Positions 1 to 10,194 are shown, counted from the stretch's first letter. The stretch: DNA of 64,000 nucleotides from a virus (IMGVR_UViG_3300017565_000001:77741-141740), one strand, 5' to 3'. Notes: generated from the sequence alone by a model not told the origin. Made by a program: numbers and translations.

Positions 1-177
1 ACCCTGCATGGCATCGTATGAGTGAACAATGGACCAATCGTTAACGAGTGATTCGCCCAACAGGAAAGTTTGAGTGTACGCCTTGACTGTATTCACCCTA
101 AACAACGAAAGTCGTGGCATACTGGAGAACCAGAAATTGGGTTGTCGATCATAATCTTGCATACCGTTATCGCTCAT
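1..177 (-). CDS. hypothetical protein, partial (N-terminal ~59 aa; gene continues beyond window start)
   Basis: ATG at 177-175 on the minus strand overlaps the TGA of the upstream gene (ATGA overlap). The reading frame stays open to position 1. Confidence 0.4.
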   Translation of the reverse strand, partial: MSDNGMQDYDRQPNFWFSSMPRLSLFRVNTVKAYTQTFLLGESLVNDWSIVHSYDAMQG

Positions 178-665
178 ACTATTGCCCTTGGTTCAACCCT
201 TACGTTCAGAATACGGAGGGCATTGTAAAAGTTGTCACAGCTGAGTCCATCATGCGCGAACACTTGCACGAAATGACCTCGTTGTTCATGTAGAAAGTCC
301 ACACGATCATCAAAAATCACGTATGGCACAATGAGTGGTGACAGATCATGGTCAGTGAAATATTGTCTGACTTCCATACCACGCCGCTCACCAGGCAAAT
401 ATGGGGTTGACCCCACGATATCAACCTGCAGGAAGTCAGCAAGCTGCGCCTCCATCCCTTCTTGATGGCGCCACGAAGTCGACAGAACAGTCTTTGCGCC
501 GGTTTCACGGACAAAGCGTCTGTAGAGCTTTACTGCAATGGGATCAAAATACGGCTCCCAGGTGGTGGGATCGTAATCCTTAGGAGCTTGTCCCAAGGCG
601 GCAACAGAGCGGCTGCTATTCAGCACACCGTCAATGTCAAGAAAGGAAAGTTTGAGATCATCCAT
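174..665 (-). CDS. HAD-superfamily phosphatase-like protein
   Basis: N-terminal LSFLDIDGVL matches HAD motif I (DxDGV/T). FDDR lies near the C-terminus. Size 163 aa. Confidence 0.5.
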   Translation of the reverse strand: MDDLKLSFLDIDGVLNSSRSVAALGQAPKDYDPTTWEPYFDPIAVKLYRRFVRETGAKTVLSTSWRHQEGMEAQLADFLQVDIVGSTPYLPGERRGMEVRQYFTDHDLSPLIVPYVIFDDRVDFLHEQRGHFVQVFAHDGLSCDNFYNALRILNVRVEPRAIV

Positions 666-725
666 GGTTTGGCTACTCTGAGTCAGAAGCCCAGTTTACA
701 GCCAAACCACGGAATGGCAAAGAGT

Positions 726-2585
726 TTACAGACCGATCCACTGTTTGCGATCATCGGCCCGCTTGGGGTTGAAGATCAGATCCAAGGTCTTCTGCATGTT
801 ACCGTCATCAATAATTGGGAATAACTTGGGATTCGTCAAGCTATGCTGCCAGTCTTCCTTCGTCAAAGTGCCGAGACCCTTTGCTCGAGTGATTGACCAA
901 CCCTTATAGTCGTCGGGCTTGAAATCCAGATAGTCATCAGAATACCAATATTTCCGTTGCTTGCCCTTCTCAGCGATGATGAAAGGCGTCATGAAAATGT
1001 TGATGACAGGTGGCAACTTGGGATCAAACAGTTCAGGCCAATAAGTGTAGAAGAAATTGTTCAACAAAGCACCAATGTTCAGACCGTCTGGGTCCATGTC
1101 GTGTGCGATGTAAATCTGCGTATAACGCATCTGCGAACGATCAGCCTTCTGACCTGGTACAATACCAACCGAGTTCATGATGTCACGCAAAGCGCCATCA
1201 GCCAACACGTCCTTGATAGCCGCGCCGTGAACGTTCATGACCTTACCCTTCAGACCCAGACCACCGTGAATCTCTGGATTGCGAACGCTTGCCATACCCG
1301 AGATAGCTGACAGACCTTCAGCCAGGAACAGAATGCACTTGTCTCGCTTGGTGGCAGTGGCATCCATTAGACCAGGAACCTTCTCCCTGAGCATCTTCTT
1401 GGCATCCTTAGCTGCGTCGCTCATGTCCTTTTTCATGGTACGAGCTGCGCAACGTTCATAGATCTCGCTGATCCATTCGGGGAACTTCTTGATAATGTTC
1501 TTGAAGAAGTCGGGATCTTCCAATGCTGCCTTGATGATCTTTGCCGTCTCTTCGTTGTTCAGTCGAGTCTTGCTCTGACTGTTGAAGTTAGGCGCTTCCA
1601 TGCGAGTCACGTTGAACAACAGGAGCCCTTCCGAAATGTCGCTACGGTTCGGCGTCAGCTTACGCTTCTTGCTTTCACGTTCCAGAGCAGTGATCAAACC
1701 GCTGAAGAAGCCACGCTTGAATGCGTCCATGTGTACACCACCGTCGAATGCCGGAATGTTGTTCACCATGGAATGCTGATGTTCGCCAGACTCAAAGAAT
1801 CCAGGAACCAGCCAGAAGTCACTACGGAAAGTGCCTTCATGAATGTTGATCGTGATAGGCTTGAACCCAGGGAACAGGTTCTTTTCAACCGACTTGGCTT
1901 GAATGCGTTCACCCTGATAGTAGATCTTGATCTTGGGATTACACAAAGCCACTTCGTAAATGCGCGAACGCAGGAAGTCTTCAGGCAGAGTCAAGTCCTT
2001 AAACACCTTGGGACTCAGCTTGAACTCCACTCGAGTGCCATGCTTTGCGGTAGCCTTCTTCTTGAGAATGGCTGGAAGAGTAATCAAATCGTCCGCGCCC
2101 TCCTTGAACTCTTGCTTGAAGTATTGACCGTCACGTTCAACTTCCAAAACAAAATATTCGGAACAGAAGTTCACGACAGAAGCACCAATACCGTTCGTAC
2201 CAGCCACTTCACCACGTTCCTGGAAGTTACGGCCTGCGCGAGCATGACTCAATGCCAATGTGGCCATATAGGTTTGATGTTCTTCAGAATAGTCGATGGG
2301 AATACCACGACCATTGTCCTGAACACTGAACACCATAGTGTTGGGATCATAGGTGACATCGATACGATCACCGTGACCATGCCCGGCCACTTCATCAAGC
2401 GCGTTGTCTAGAATTTCACGGAATGCGGTAAACACTGCGGGAACCCACGTGACTTCCTGGGGTTCAGGTGTTCCATCGGGATAGCTCAAAACGGCTTGCG
2501 TATGGGGATCCCTTGACCCCAGATACATCTCAGTACGCAAACGTGCGTGTGAGTAGTCGTTGAGTTTGATAATCTTTTCAGACAT
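726..2585 (-). CDS. type II DNA topoisomerase large subunit (GyrB/T4 gp39-like; GHKL ATPase + TOPRIM)
   Basis: LDNALDE...VQDNGRGIP and GTNGIGASVVN are GHKL ATPase motifs. LAEGLSA is the TOPRIM EGDSA-type motif. 619 aa. Confidence 0.85.
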   Translation of the reverse strand: MSEKIIKLNDYSHARLRTEMYLGSRDPHTQAVLSYPDGTPEPQEVTWVPAVFTAFREILDNALDEVAGHGHGDRIDVTYDPNTMVFSVQDNGRGIPIDYSEEHQTYMATLALSHARAGRNFQERGEVAGTNGIGASVVNFCSEYFVLEVERDGQYFKQEFKEGADDLITLPAILKKKATAKHGTRVEFKLSPKVFKDLTLPEDFLRSRIYEVALCNPKIKIYYQGERIQAKSVEKNLFPGFKPITINIHEGTFRSDFWLVPGFFESGEHQHSMVNNIPAFDGGVHMDAFKRGFFSGLITALERESKKRKLTPNRSDISEGLLLFNVTRMEAPNFNSQSKTRLNNEETAKIIKAALEDPDFFKNIIKKFPEWISEIYERCAARTMKKDMSDAAKDAKKMLREKVPGLMDATATKRDKCILFLAEGLSAISGMASVRNPEIHGGLGLKGKVMNVHGAAIKDVLADGALRDIMNSVGIVPGQKADRSQMRYTQIYIAHDMDPDGLNIGALLNNFFYTYWPELFDPKLPPVINIFMTPFIIAEKGKQRKYWYSDDYLDFKPDDYKGWSITRAKGLGTLTKEDWQHSLTNPKLFPIIDDGNMQKTLDLIFNPKRADDRKQWIGL

Positions 2586-2587
2586 GA

Positions 2588-2908
2588 TTACTTCGTTTGT
2601 CCATTCAAATATTTGTTACGGAGATCTTGTGCCAGAAGAGGGTGGTCGGCTTCGCAAGCATCAGCATACGCTGCGATGGCTTCTCGTGCAAAGGGATCGT
2701 GATGCATATCTAGTACGAAATATTCGCATCCGTCATGCTTGCCACCAGCTTCACTGGTGCCATCTGCTCTTTCCACGATGAATTTGTTGTAGAGACCGCG
2801 TGTTTTGTCCATATTTTCTCTTTGTAGTTGATGGGTAATTGAGTATGAGGCCATAAGAAATGTGACGCAAATATGCATCACCATTAATTTATCCCATTCA
2901 TTTATCAA
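2588..2908 (-). CDS. hypothetical protein (true start possibly at the internal Met near 2812)
   Basis: ORF is translationally coupled to the topoisomerase gene. No motif recognised. Confidence 0.45.
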   Translation of the reverse strand: MINEWDKLMVMHICVTFLMASYSITHQLQRENMDKTRGLYNKFIVERADGTSEAGGKHDGCEYFVLDMHHDPFAREAIAAYADACEADHPLLAQDLRNKYLNGQTK

Positions 2909-2940
2909 TAAATACCTGAATAAGTTTTCGGAGACCCTCC

Positions 2941-3459
2941 ATGCCTAACATTTACAACGTGAGCATTGCTCAAATTGCAGGCCCCGCGGAACAAGGTTTC
3001 ATTGACAACCTGAAGATTCAATATCGCTCCGATGAGCCGTATTCTCTGACTGTTGAGCAATGTGACGCCAACCGTCGTGGTGTTCTGCGTTGGACTCGCA
3101 TTATTGAGTCACTTTCGATGGCTGCTAATCCAACCATTACCAATGTGGAAGCACTGGATGCCACAGCTACCAGTCTAGCCACTGAATTTAATTTCACCGT
3201 TTCGTTTGTGTCTGATGAAGCGCTCACTATTGTTCGTGATGGTGAGACTCTTGAAACTGACGAAGCATTGAAGCAACTCATCGCCGAAGCCCTTGTTGGT
3301 GATGTAGTCAAGCACGTTACTGTCCAAGACCCAGAAATCGAGGGCGAAGACGGTACTATGTTGGCCGGCAAAGTTGAACGAATCCTGGATATGGAAGTCC
3401 TGGGTTTGGGTGACGATGTTGAGACCATCAAGGGCAGTATCACTATCACAATCGAGTGA
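2941..3459 (+). CDS. hypothetical protein
   Basis: 172 aa ORF with an RBS-like GGAGACCC upstream. Confidence 0.55.
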   Translation: MPNIYNVSIAQIAGPAEQGFIDNLKIQYRSDEPYSLTVEQCDANRRGVLRWTRIIESLSMAANPTITNVEALDATATSLATEFNFTVSFVSDEALTIVRDGETLETDEALKQLIAEALVGDVVKHVTVQDPEIEGEDGTMLAGKVERILDMEVLGLGDDVETIKGSITITIE

Positions 3460-3540
3460 TTGATATTCATACAAATTTTTATTGGCAAACTGATCCCAGC
3501 CAGTTTATTCTGGTTGGGAGATACAAGGTATAATTACAAA

Positions 3541-4821
3541 ATGAAACTACTATCTGGCATCATCGTACTACTCCTGGCACTAATAATTTCAGGCATCGCA
3601 GCATATTTCTCAGTTGTTGGTCTTGCGGCACTTTTCTCAGCTGCATTTATTCCCGTGGTAATCATGGGATCGGCCCTAGAAGCCGGCAAATTGGCCGGAG
3701 CGCAGTGGCTTAAATCCAATTGGTCCAATCCCTTGGTGGGGCGTTGGCTCAAGTCCTATCTGCTTTTCGCAGTCTTTGCACTCATGCTTATTACCAGTCT
3801 GGGTATCTACGGCTTCTTGAGTAAAGGTCACTTGGAGCAGGCAGCACCGACGGCAACTCTGGAACTCCAGATTGCGCAGAAGGAACAACAAATCCAAGTT
3901 CTTGAAGATCAAAACAAGCGAGCATACGAACGTATGAATCAGCTTGATGCTGGCTTTAATGCACTGATCAACAACAAGAATGCGACACGCGCCGCTATCA
4001 ACGAGCGGAACAAACAGAAGGCTGATCGTGATGCTCTTGAAAAGCAAATCACAGCCAATAACGATAAGATTCAATCTATCAATCAGGATATTCTGCCACT
4101 CAAGATGCAGACTAATGCGGTTGAAGCCAAGTTGGGCCCAGTCAAATACGTGGCAGACTTGTTTAATGCAACCGACACTGAAGCTGCTGTTCGCATCGTT
4201 ATTTTGATTCTGATGTTTGCGTTTGATCCCCTTGCTATTGTTTTGATGCTCTGCGCTAACATCACGATCTCTGAATGGCTGGCCCAACGTAGGATCAACA
4301 AGGCGGCGAAAGCCGTTCCCCAAGCTCCTCTAGCTCCAGAAGCTCCAGCCATTTCCCCAAAGAATGAAGAACCTATTTCTCAGCCTACCGCTGAAGAATC
4401 AACATTCTTGAATCAGGTGATGGATAATCCAACCATCCCCGACGAAGTAAAGAAGGAAGTTGCCCCGCTGGTTGGGGGCAACAAACCAGCAAAGAAGCCA
4501 AGGGTTTCTCGTAAAAAGAAAGCCACTGAGGATCTGAAGCAGTACATAACAGATGCTCACCCCACTCTGGATCATGCAAAGATCATGGAGAACAAGCAAA
4601 TGGTGGCAATTCTGGAGAAACGTCCCGATTTGTTGGATGACATAATTGAGGTGGTTAGGGAAGCCGACACCACAGCAAAACCAGCAGTAACAGTCCCAAA
4701 GGAAGAAATTCTAGAGGGAAATGACAACAACCAACCAGAAGTCATTCAAACCAATGTACCACAAGAGACTATTGACGGTTTGGCGAAAGGAAAAGCTTGG
4801 CTCAATCGTCCGTCAAAATAA
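3541..4821 (+). CDS. membrane-anchored coiled-coil protein with a Lys-rich C-terminal region
   Basis: MKLLSGIIVLLLALIISGIAAYF is an N-terminal TM helix. A second hydrophobic stretch follows, then a long heptad-like Q/E/K-rich segment. The ORF is open from 3460; ATG at 3541 is preferred (TATAAT upstream). Confidence 0.55.
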   Translation: MKLLSGIIVLLLALIISGIAAYFSVVGLAALFSAAFIPVVIMGSALEAGKLAGAQWLKSNWSNPLVGRWLKSYLLFAVFALMLITSLGIYGFLSKGHLEQAAPTATLELQIAQKEQQIQVLEDQNKRAYERMNQLDAGFNALINNKNATRAAINERNKQKADRDALEKQITANNDKIQSINQDILPLKMQTNAVEAKLGPVKYVADLFNATDTEAAVRIVILILMFAFDPLAIVLMLCANITISEWLAQRRINKAAKAVPQAPLAPEAPAISPKNEEPISQPTAEESTFLNQVMDNPTIPDEVKKEVAPLVGGNKPAKKPRVSRKKKATEDLKQYITDAHPTLDHAKIMENKQMVAILEKRPDLLDDIIEVVREADTTAKPAVTVPKEEILEGNDNNQPEVIQTNVPQETIDGLAKGKAWLNRPSK

Positions 4822-4855
4822 ATACTAGGTGAAATGACAACGAGGATTTCATTAT

Positions 4856-6109
4856 ATGTCAGAAGCGGATAAGAACCTGCATTGCTCCTTTTGTGCGAAG
4901 GACTCTCGCGAAGTCAAGAAGCTAATCCAAGGCCCAGGTGTTTATATTTGCGATGAATGTGTGGATTTGTGCCACTCGATTCTGAGCGATAGTATAGACG
5001 TATCAAAAGCCAAGGAAACAGCACCATCAGTTCAAGACGCTATCCCAAGCCCTAGTAAATTGAAGTCGTACCTTGACCAATATATCATTGGTCAAGACTA
5101 CGCGAAGATGGTTGTGAGTGTAGCTGTTCACAATCATTACAAGCGACTCGCTCATCCCGTTGTTGATGACGTTGAGCTGGAAAAGAGCAACATTTTGTTG
5201 TTCGGCCCTACAGGATCTGGTAAGACTCTGATTGCTCAATCCATTGCCAAGTATTTGGATGTTCCATTCGCAATGGCCGATGCCACTAGTTTGACTGAAG
5301 CAGGCTACGTGGGTGATGATGTCGAAAGCATTGTCACCAAACTCCTGCAAGCAGCTGGCGGTGACGTCCAGAAAGCAGAACGCGGCATCATCTATCTGGA
5401 TGAAATCGACAAGAAGCACAAGAAGGAAGGCGGAAGTAATTCCAAGGATGTTTCAGGGGAAGGCGTGCAACAAGCTCTTCTGAAGATCATTGAAGGTTCG
5501 GAAGTCATGGTTCCAACTGGTGGCAACAAAAAGAGCCCCCAGTCCGAGATGGTAAAGATCAACACCAAGAACATTTTGTTCATTGTCGGTGGCGCGTTTG
5601 TGGGTCTGGAGAAGGTAGTATCCAAGGCCATGCAAAACGGTCCCACGGTTGGTTTTGGTTCTACTGCTCGTGGTGAAAAGCCCGTAAACGAAGTTCTGCG
5701 TCACACACGTCCGGAACACCTGGTTGGTTTTGGTATTATTCCAGAATTGATTGGTCGTTTGCCCGTCCATGCTCCATTGGAAGAACTCTCTAGCGATCAA
5801 CTTGTTCGCGTGTTGACTGAACCCAAGAATGCCGTTATAAAGCAATTCGTCAAGATGTTTGAACTCTCCGGGGTTGAATTGTCCTTTGATGAAAAAGCGC
5901 TTCAGGAAGTAGCCAAGATTGCCAAAGAACGTAAAACTGGTGCTCGAGGTCTCCGTAGCGTTATCGAAAACAAGTTGGTGAAGACTCAATTTGACCTGCC
6001 TGAGTTGAAAGAACAAGGAGCAGTTAAGATTGTGATCGACGCTGACACCATCACAAGCGACAAAGAGCCACATGTCGTTTACTCTGAACAAACTGATGTG
6101 GCCAAATGA
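4856..6109 (+). CDS. clpX: ATP-dependent Clp protease ATP-binding subunit ClpX
   Basis: N-terminal C4 zinc finger (CSFCAK...CDECVDLC). Walker A LLFGPTGSGKTL. Also YVGDDVESI and IYLDEIDK. A VGF loop sits at the position of the ClpP-binding IGF loop. Confidence 0.9.
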   Translation: MSEADKNLHCSFCAKDSREVKKLIQGPGVYICDECVDLCHSILSDSIDVSKAKETAPSVQDAIPSPSKLKSYLDQYIIGQDYAKMVVSVAVHNHYKRLAHPVVDDVELEKSNILLFGPTGSGKTLIAQSIAKYLDVPFAMADATSLTEAGYVGDDVESIVTKLLQAAGGDVQKAERGIIYLDEIDKKHKKEGGSNSKDVSGEGVQQALLKIIEGSEVMVPTGGNKKSPQSEMVKINTKNILFIVGGAFVGLEKVVSKAMQNGPTVGFGSTARGEKPVNEVLRHTRPEHLVGFGIIPELIGRLPVHAPLEELSSDQLVRVLTEPKNAVIKQFVKMFELSGVELSFDEKALQEVAKIAKERKTGARGLRSVIENKLVKTQFDLPELKEQGAVKIVIDADTITSDKEPHVVYSEQTDVAK

Positions 6110-6121
6110 GGATTATTTTTC

Positions 6122-6658
6122 GTGTCAATTAAATTGGAAGTGAATGAGCGTATTCGTGCAACCCAGGTTCGTCTCATTGATGAGACTGGGGCACAGAAGG
6201 GCATTCGCAGTCTGCGCGAAGCTATTAACTACGCTCAATCACGTGATCTGGATCTCGTGAAGATTGCAGATGCCACTCCGCCAGTGTGCAAGGTCTTGGA
6301 TGCTGGCAAGTACCTATATGAACAGCAAAAGCAACAGAAGGCTCACGCCAAGAAACAACGAGCTGCTCAAGTTGAAACCAAGGAAGTTCAATTGCGTCCG
6401 GTAACGGACACGAATGATATGAAGATCAAAGCTCGCAAAGCCAGAGAGTTTCTGGCTGACGGCAATAAGGTCCGAGTAGTCATGCGCTTTCGTGGTCGAG
6501 AAGCTGCCCACAAGCAGATTGGTACGACATTGATGGAATCCTTTATGGCTGAGGTTGGGGACTCCAAGATCGAACAGGCACTCAAAGACAGTGGTCGTGA
6601 GTTGAGTTTGATCCTGGCACCTGCTCCGGCACCCAAGCCTGCACCCGTTGTAGAGTAA
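6122..6658 (+). CDS. infC: translation initiation factor IF-3 homologue
   Basis: Collinear with bacterial IF-3: VNERIRATQVRLID...GIRSLREAI...DLDLVKI...PPVCKVLDAGKYLYEQQK...KEVQLRPVTDTNDMKIKARKAREFLADGNKVRVVMRFRGREAAHKQIG...LSLILAP. Start codon is GTG. Ala/Pro-rich tail. Confidence 0.85.
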   Translation: MSIKLEVNERIRATQVRLIDETGAQKGIRSLREAINYAQSRDLDLVKIADATPPVCKVLDAGKYLYEQQKQQKAHAKKQRAAQVETKEVQLRPVTDTNDMKIKARKAREFLADGNKVRVVMRFRGREAAHKQIGTTLMESFMAEVGDSKIEQALKDSGRELSLILAPAPAPKPAPVVE

Positions 6659-6668
6659 CAACATGAAT

Positions 6669-6700
6669 GAAGGCGATACTTGACGTATCGCCTTCTTCTT
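6669..6700 (+). terminator. intrinsic terminator after the IF-3 gene
   Basis: Perfect 11-bp stem GAAGGCGATAC/GTATCGCCTTC with a 5-nt loop, followed by TTCTT. Confidence 0.65.
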
Positions 6701-6727
6701 GACTAAAAATTCAAATGAACGTAGACT
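6699..6727 (+). promoter_or_regulatory. sigma70-like promoter (TTGACT-N17-TAGACT) containing a TCAAATGAA box
   Basis: Member of the promoter family described in the findings. Sits upstream of the 6766 gene. Confidence 0.45.
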
Positions 6728-6765
6728 TGGTTTATCGTTAATCACAAACACAGGAGGGTCCGCAA

Positions 6766-7104
6766 ATGTTGCTCTGGATCGGTATGGCCATTCTTGTGTT
6801 TGCTTGTTTGTGGCTCCTCAAGGCCTATGTGGGTCTGATCATCAAACTATTCACCAACCCCATCGGCTTGATCCTGATCATCATAGCCGCTATATGGTGG
6901 TTCAATACTGGTACCCCTGCAACCCCGTCTGGTGCAACCATTGCACATGTAACAGATACGGCTTCTACATTGACCCCAAGGGGCTTTAGCGACGTAGCCA
7001 CAGAAGTGTTCTGGTTTATTGTGGCGCTCCCACTGACGATTGCCACATTCATACTCGATTGCATCATATGGATACTTGATGCAATCTTATACGTGATCTC
7101 GTAG
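6766..7104 (+). CDS. small integral membrane protein
   Basis: 112 aa with three hydrophobic helices. RBS CAGGAGGG. Confidence 0.5.
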   Translation: MLLWIGMAILVFACLWLLKAYVGLIIKLFTNPIGLILIIIAAIWWFNTGTPATPSGATIAHVTDTASTLTPRGFSDVATEVFWFIVALPLTIATFILDCIIWILDAILYVIS

Positions 7105-7131
7105 AAAAGGGGCCCAAGGCCCCTTGTTTAT
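7105..7131. terminator. bidirectional intrinsic terminator
   Basis: AAAA-GGGGCC-CAA-GGCCCC-TTGTTTATTT. Lies between convergent genes. Confidence 0.65.
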
Positions 7132-7424
7132 TTCTGGCTGTCTTGCTCGTCACATATCCGCTCAATCATCTTGTAACTTTCAAACGCCTCTTTGAGCGCT
7201 GGAAACTTATCATGTTTGACCTCGGACATCTCCAATTCAGCGACTCTGCCATATAAGTGTGTGACCATTTCATTCAAATATTTTATCTTGAAATACAATT
7301 TGTCTAACTCGTCAAATGTTGGATGGGCGTTGATCTCAACATGATCGTCACGTCGAGTTATACGTATACCTTGGCCTGCCACTAAATCGATTTCGTCCAT
7401 GTAATTCTCCTTCAATAACCACAT
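7128..7424 (-). CDS. hypothetical protein
   Basis: 98 aa ORF ending at the bidirectional terminator. Confidence 0.5.
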   Translation of the reverse strand: MWLLKENYMDEIDLVAGQGIRITRRDDHVEINAHPTFDELDKLYFKIKYLNEMVTHLYGRVAELEMSEVKHDKFPALKEAFESYKMIERICDEQDSQK

Positions 7425-7529
7425 TTTAGGTTATTGGGGACCATGTTCAAAATAATATTGCGACCCCTAGTACCAGCTATTACATTTGTGGCATAACTAG
7501 GTTGTCCATACATAAGAATAATAAGAAAC

Positions 7530-8069
7530 ATGGAAACGCAAATCACTGGCAGCATCAGAACCACAGGTTCTACCTCAAACAAGTTGAAAGTATGTTTGAA
7601 CTTTCGACCAAGTATCGCCGAACAACTAAAGCTGGCAGATCGTCGCTTCGTTCACATTTATCGTGAACCAGAAACGACCATGTATCGCTTGAAGTTTTAC
7701 GAGAAGGATGACGGTCGATGCCGTCCTGTTCAGTACAAGCGAGAAAATGGCAGCGCTCTTGTGATTGTAGATCAAGGAGTATTTGATCTTTCGGTAAACG
7801 AGCAAAAGACAGCGACGCCTATCCCCGCACAGTTGAATGAAGATGGATTGGTTCTTGACATGAATCCTGATGGGTTCCTAAATGCCGAAAATCCTTCCAA
7901 TAAAACCGTGTCAAAGTTGGAGAGCGCCGAAGACAAGATCGAAGCAGGTTTTGATCCCGGGACTTCCTGGGGTGTGGCTTACCGAGAAACGGCCGAAGAA
8001 GATGTCAAGGCGATCATTACTGAATATTTCAAGTTCAAAGCCGGGGTGTTGAATGTTGTCAATAAGTGA
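7530..8069 (+). CDS. hypothetical protein
   Basis: 179 aa ORF. Its end overlaps the start of the next gene. Confidence 0.5.
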   Translation: METQITGSIRTTGSTSNKLKVCLNFRPSIAEQLKLADRRFVHIYREPETTMYRLKFYEKDDGRCRPVQYKRENGSALVIVDQGVFDLSVNEQKTATPIPAQLNEDGLVLDMNPDGFLNAENPSNKTVSKLESAEDKIEAGFDPGTSWGVAYRETAEEDVKAIITEYFKFKAGVLNVVNK

Positions 8070-8772
8070 TGAAACCAAAAAGCTTATCAGCAAACAAGTT
8101 GCCCTGAACATTGACATTGTGACGCCATGTTTACGCATGACCGACTATTCGCTAATGCGAATGTTCAACCTCAAGAAGCAACAGTTGACGGCTCCCATTA
8201 ATGCATTTCGTAGAGCAAATGATATTTTGGCAGCTACGTTTGTTCATTACCTGGCTATCGACCAACAGAACGGCGATGACTGTATCGATGTGAATGGCAA
8301 CGCCATGGAAGTGAAATTGGCTTTCCTCAAAAGCGACGATCTGACTATCAGCAAACAGGGTAATGTGATTCGCAAAGGCAGTGAGAACGGTTTGATTCAT
8401 AATACTCAAGCCAAGTTTAGAGTCCATAACGGAACAGCCAAGGGTCATCACAACAAGGACACATCGTTCATCTTGATCTCAGAAGACCACGCTTGCTTCA
8501 TTGGTGGTTTTATCATGCGTGGCGATAAGGTTGATGAACTACTGACTAGTGGATCGCAAAAGGGTGTGAACAGAAAGATTTCATTGAGCCAATTCATCAA
8601 ACATGGTTATGAAATCAATAGTTCCGTTCCCCATATTGGTTGGGAGCGGTATCACGAATGCTTGAAGAACTTTGTTGCTGGTGCTGAGGGTATGTTGTCA
8701 GTACCACAAGCAGGTGAAGCACACAAAGCTTGGACAGAACTGGCGGATGTGAACAAGCTCCGAAAGTTGTAA
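8053..8772 (+). CDS. hypothetical protein
   Basis: 239 aa ORF. A hairpin GGCACCTTGGTGCC follows it. Confidence 0.5.
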   Translation: MLSISDETKKLISKQVALNIDIVTPCLRMTDYSLMRMFNLKKQQLTAPINAFRRANDILAATFVHYLAIDQQNGDDCIDVNGNAMEVKLAFLKSDDLTISKQGNVIRKGSENGLIHNTQAKFRVHNGTAKGHHNKDTSFILISEDHACFIGGFIMRGDKVDELLTSGSQKGVNRKISLSQFIKHGYEINSSVPHIGWERYHECLKNFVAGAEGMLSVPQAGEAHKAWTELADVNKLRKL

Positions 8773-8853
8773 AGAGAATGGCACCTTGGTGCCATTCTTG
8801 CTATATGGCATCACCATCACTATACTGATATTCTATTCTACCTGGAACTCATC

Positions 8854-9285
8854 ATGACTCACGCTATGTGGTCTTTCTTGGCAACGTCGTTGTTATTTGG
8901 TCTAATGATAGTCTTGCTCCAATCAAGACTACACCGGGTTATTCTGTTCCTGCTGTGGTTTTGGTTAGGGCTCATCACATATCCACAACCAAATGAACGA
9001 ATCCTTCCAGATGAATTCATCCTTGTTGCTGCTGTGGTGCAAGAACCACATGGCGATTACCAGGGAAGAATTTGGTTATGGGCTAGAACAAAAGAAGATC
9101 CTCTGACTCCTATTTCTTTTGATCTGCCATACGATCGAGAAGCGGCACAGGTAGTCAGGGGTTGGATTAAGAAGATTGGTGGTGGCAAGGCCGAGCTAGG
9201 AATCAATCTGAATGCTACTGAAGAATCAAAACAACAAGATCACGGGCCCCAACCATTGAAAGGGCCAAACGAACGAGGCACATAA
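8854..9285 (+). CDS. membrane protein, hypothetical
   Basis: Two N-terminal hydrophobic helices. Confidence 0.45.
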   Translation: MTHAMWSFLATSLLFGLMIVLLQSRLHRVILFLLWFWLGLITYPQPNERILPDEFILVAAVVQEPHGDYQGRIWLWARTKEDPLTPISFDLPYDREAAQVVRGWIKKIGGGKAELGINLNATEESKQQDHGPQPLKGPNERGT

Positions 9286-9286
9286 T

Positions 9287-9868
9287 ATGATCAAAATTTG
9301 CATTATTGGTAACGCTGGCTCTGGTAAGAGCACACTGGCTGGTAAGTTGTTCTCCGCACTTAAACCCAGTGGGGTTAACGTTGAACTGGTACCGGAATTC
9401 ATCCGCAATGACATCCAGATTAACGGTCCCATGCAAAGTGTGTGGGAACAGTACCGCACCCGCTTCAGCCAGAAGGAAATCGAAGATTCGCTCCCACCGT
9501 CAGTGGACTACGCAGTCATCGACTCAGGCACATTGACGCCATTCTTCTACACTTGTTTGTATTCCAACAAGGAAAACGAGCGTGAGCGTTTGGTTCTGCA
9601 GGACATGTATAAGTTCTTCCTGGACGACATTTACAAGCGCCGTTACGATTACGTATTTTTCCTGCCACGTGCGAAGACTTATGCAGCAAACCCCAACATT
9701 CTGACAGATGGAACCAGGTATCAGAGCGTTGACGAAATCGAAACCCTGGAAACGCATATGAATCTGTTCTTTGGCAATCTGCACAAGCTCAGCAATATTC
9801 ATGTGCTCAATTGTGAACTAGACGAACGTCTGGGAACTGTTTTGGAAATTATCGGCTATAAGGGCTAA
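9287..9868 (+). CDS. P-loop NTPase / nucleotide kinase-like protein
   Basis: Walker A IIGNAGSGKSTLAGKL at the N-terminus. 193 aa. Substrate unknown. Confidence 0.6.
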   Translation: MIKICIIGNAGSGKSTLAGKLFSALKPSGVNVELVPEFIRNDIQINGPMQSVWEQYRTRFSQKEIEDSLPPSVDYAVIDSGTLTPFFYTCLYSNKENERERLVLQDMYKFFLDDIYKRRYDYVFFLPRAKTYAANPNILTDGTRYQSVDEIETLETHMNLFFGNLHKLSNIHVLNCELDERLGTVLEIIGYKG

Positions 9869-9870
9869 TT

Positions 9871-10194
9871 ATGTCGTACCGTATGTTCATTGATGACGAC
9901 CGATTCCCTCCTGGGGATGAAAATGATTGGGCGATCTGCCGCAATCTGTTTGAAGTCCAACTGGTGATCGATCATGAGGGAATGCCATCATTCATCTCGT
10001 TCGACCACGACTTGGGCGCAAATCAACCGTCTGGTATGGACATCACTAAGTGGTTGGTTGAGTCTGAATTGGATGGAAAGCTTTCTTTTCCTGAGGATTT
10101 CGACTTTTACGTCCACAGCCAGAATCCCACTGGCGCTGGTAATATCGAGGGTCTACTTCGACAATATTTGCAACAACGCAAGATTGCACCTTGA
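9871..10194 (+). CDS. hypothetical protein
   Basis: 107 aa, acidic. Translationally coupled to the kinase gene. Confidence 0.45.
   Translation: MSYRMFIDDDRFPPGDENDWAICRNLFEVQLVIDHEGMPSFISFDHDLGANQPSGMDITKWLVESELDGKLSFPEDFDFYVHSQNPTGAGNIEGLLRQYLQQRKIAP

Noticed and set aside
3676-4323. 215 aa minus-strand ORF
   Set aside because: It is antisense to the membrane/coiled-coil gene 3541-4821. Low-complexity translation.
5453-6091. 212 aa minus-strand ORF
   Set aside because: It is antisense to clpX.
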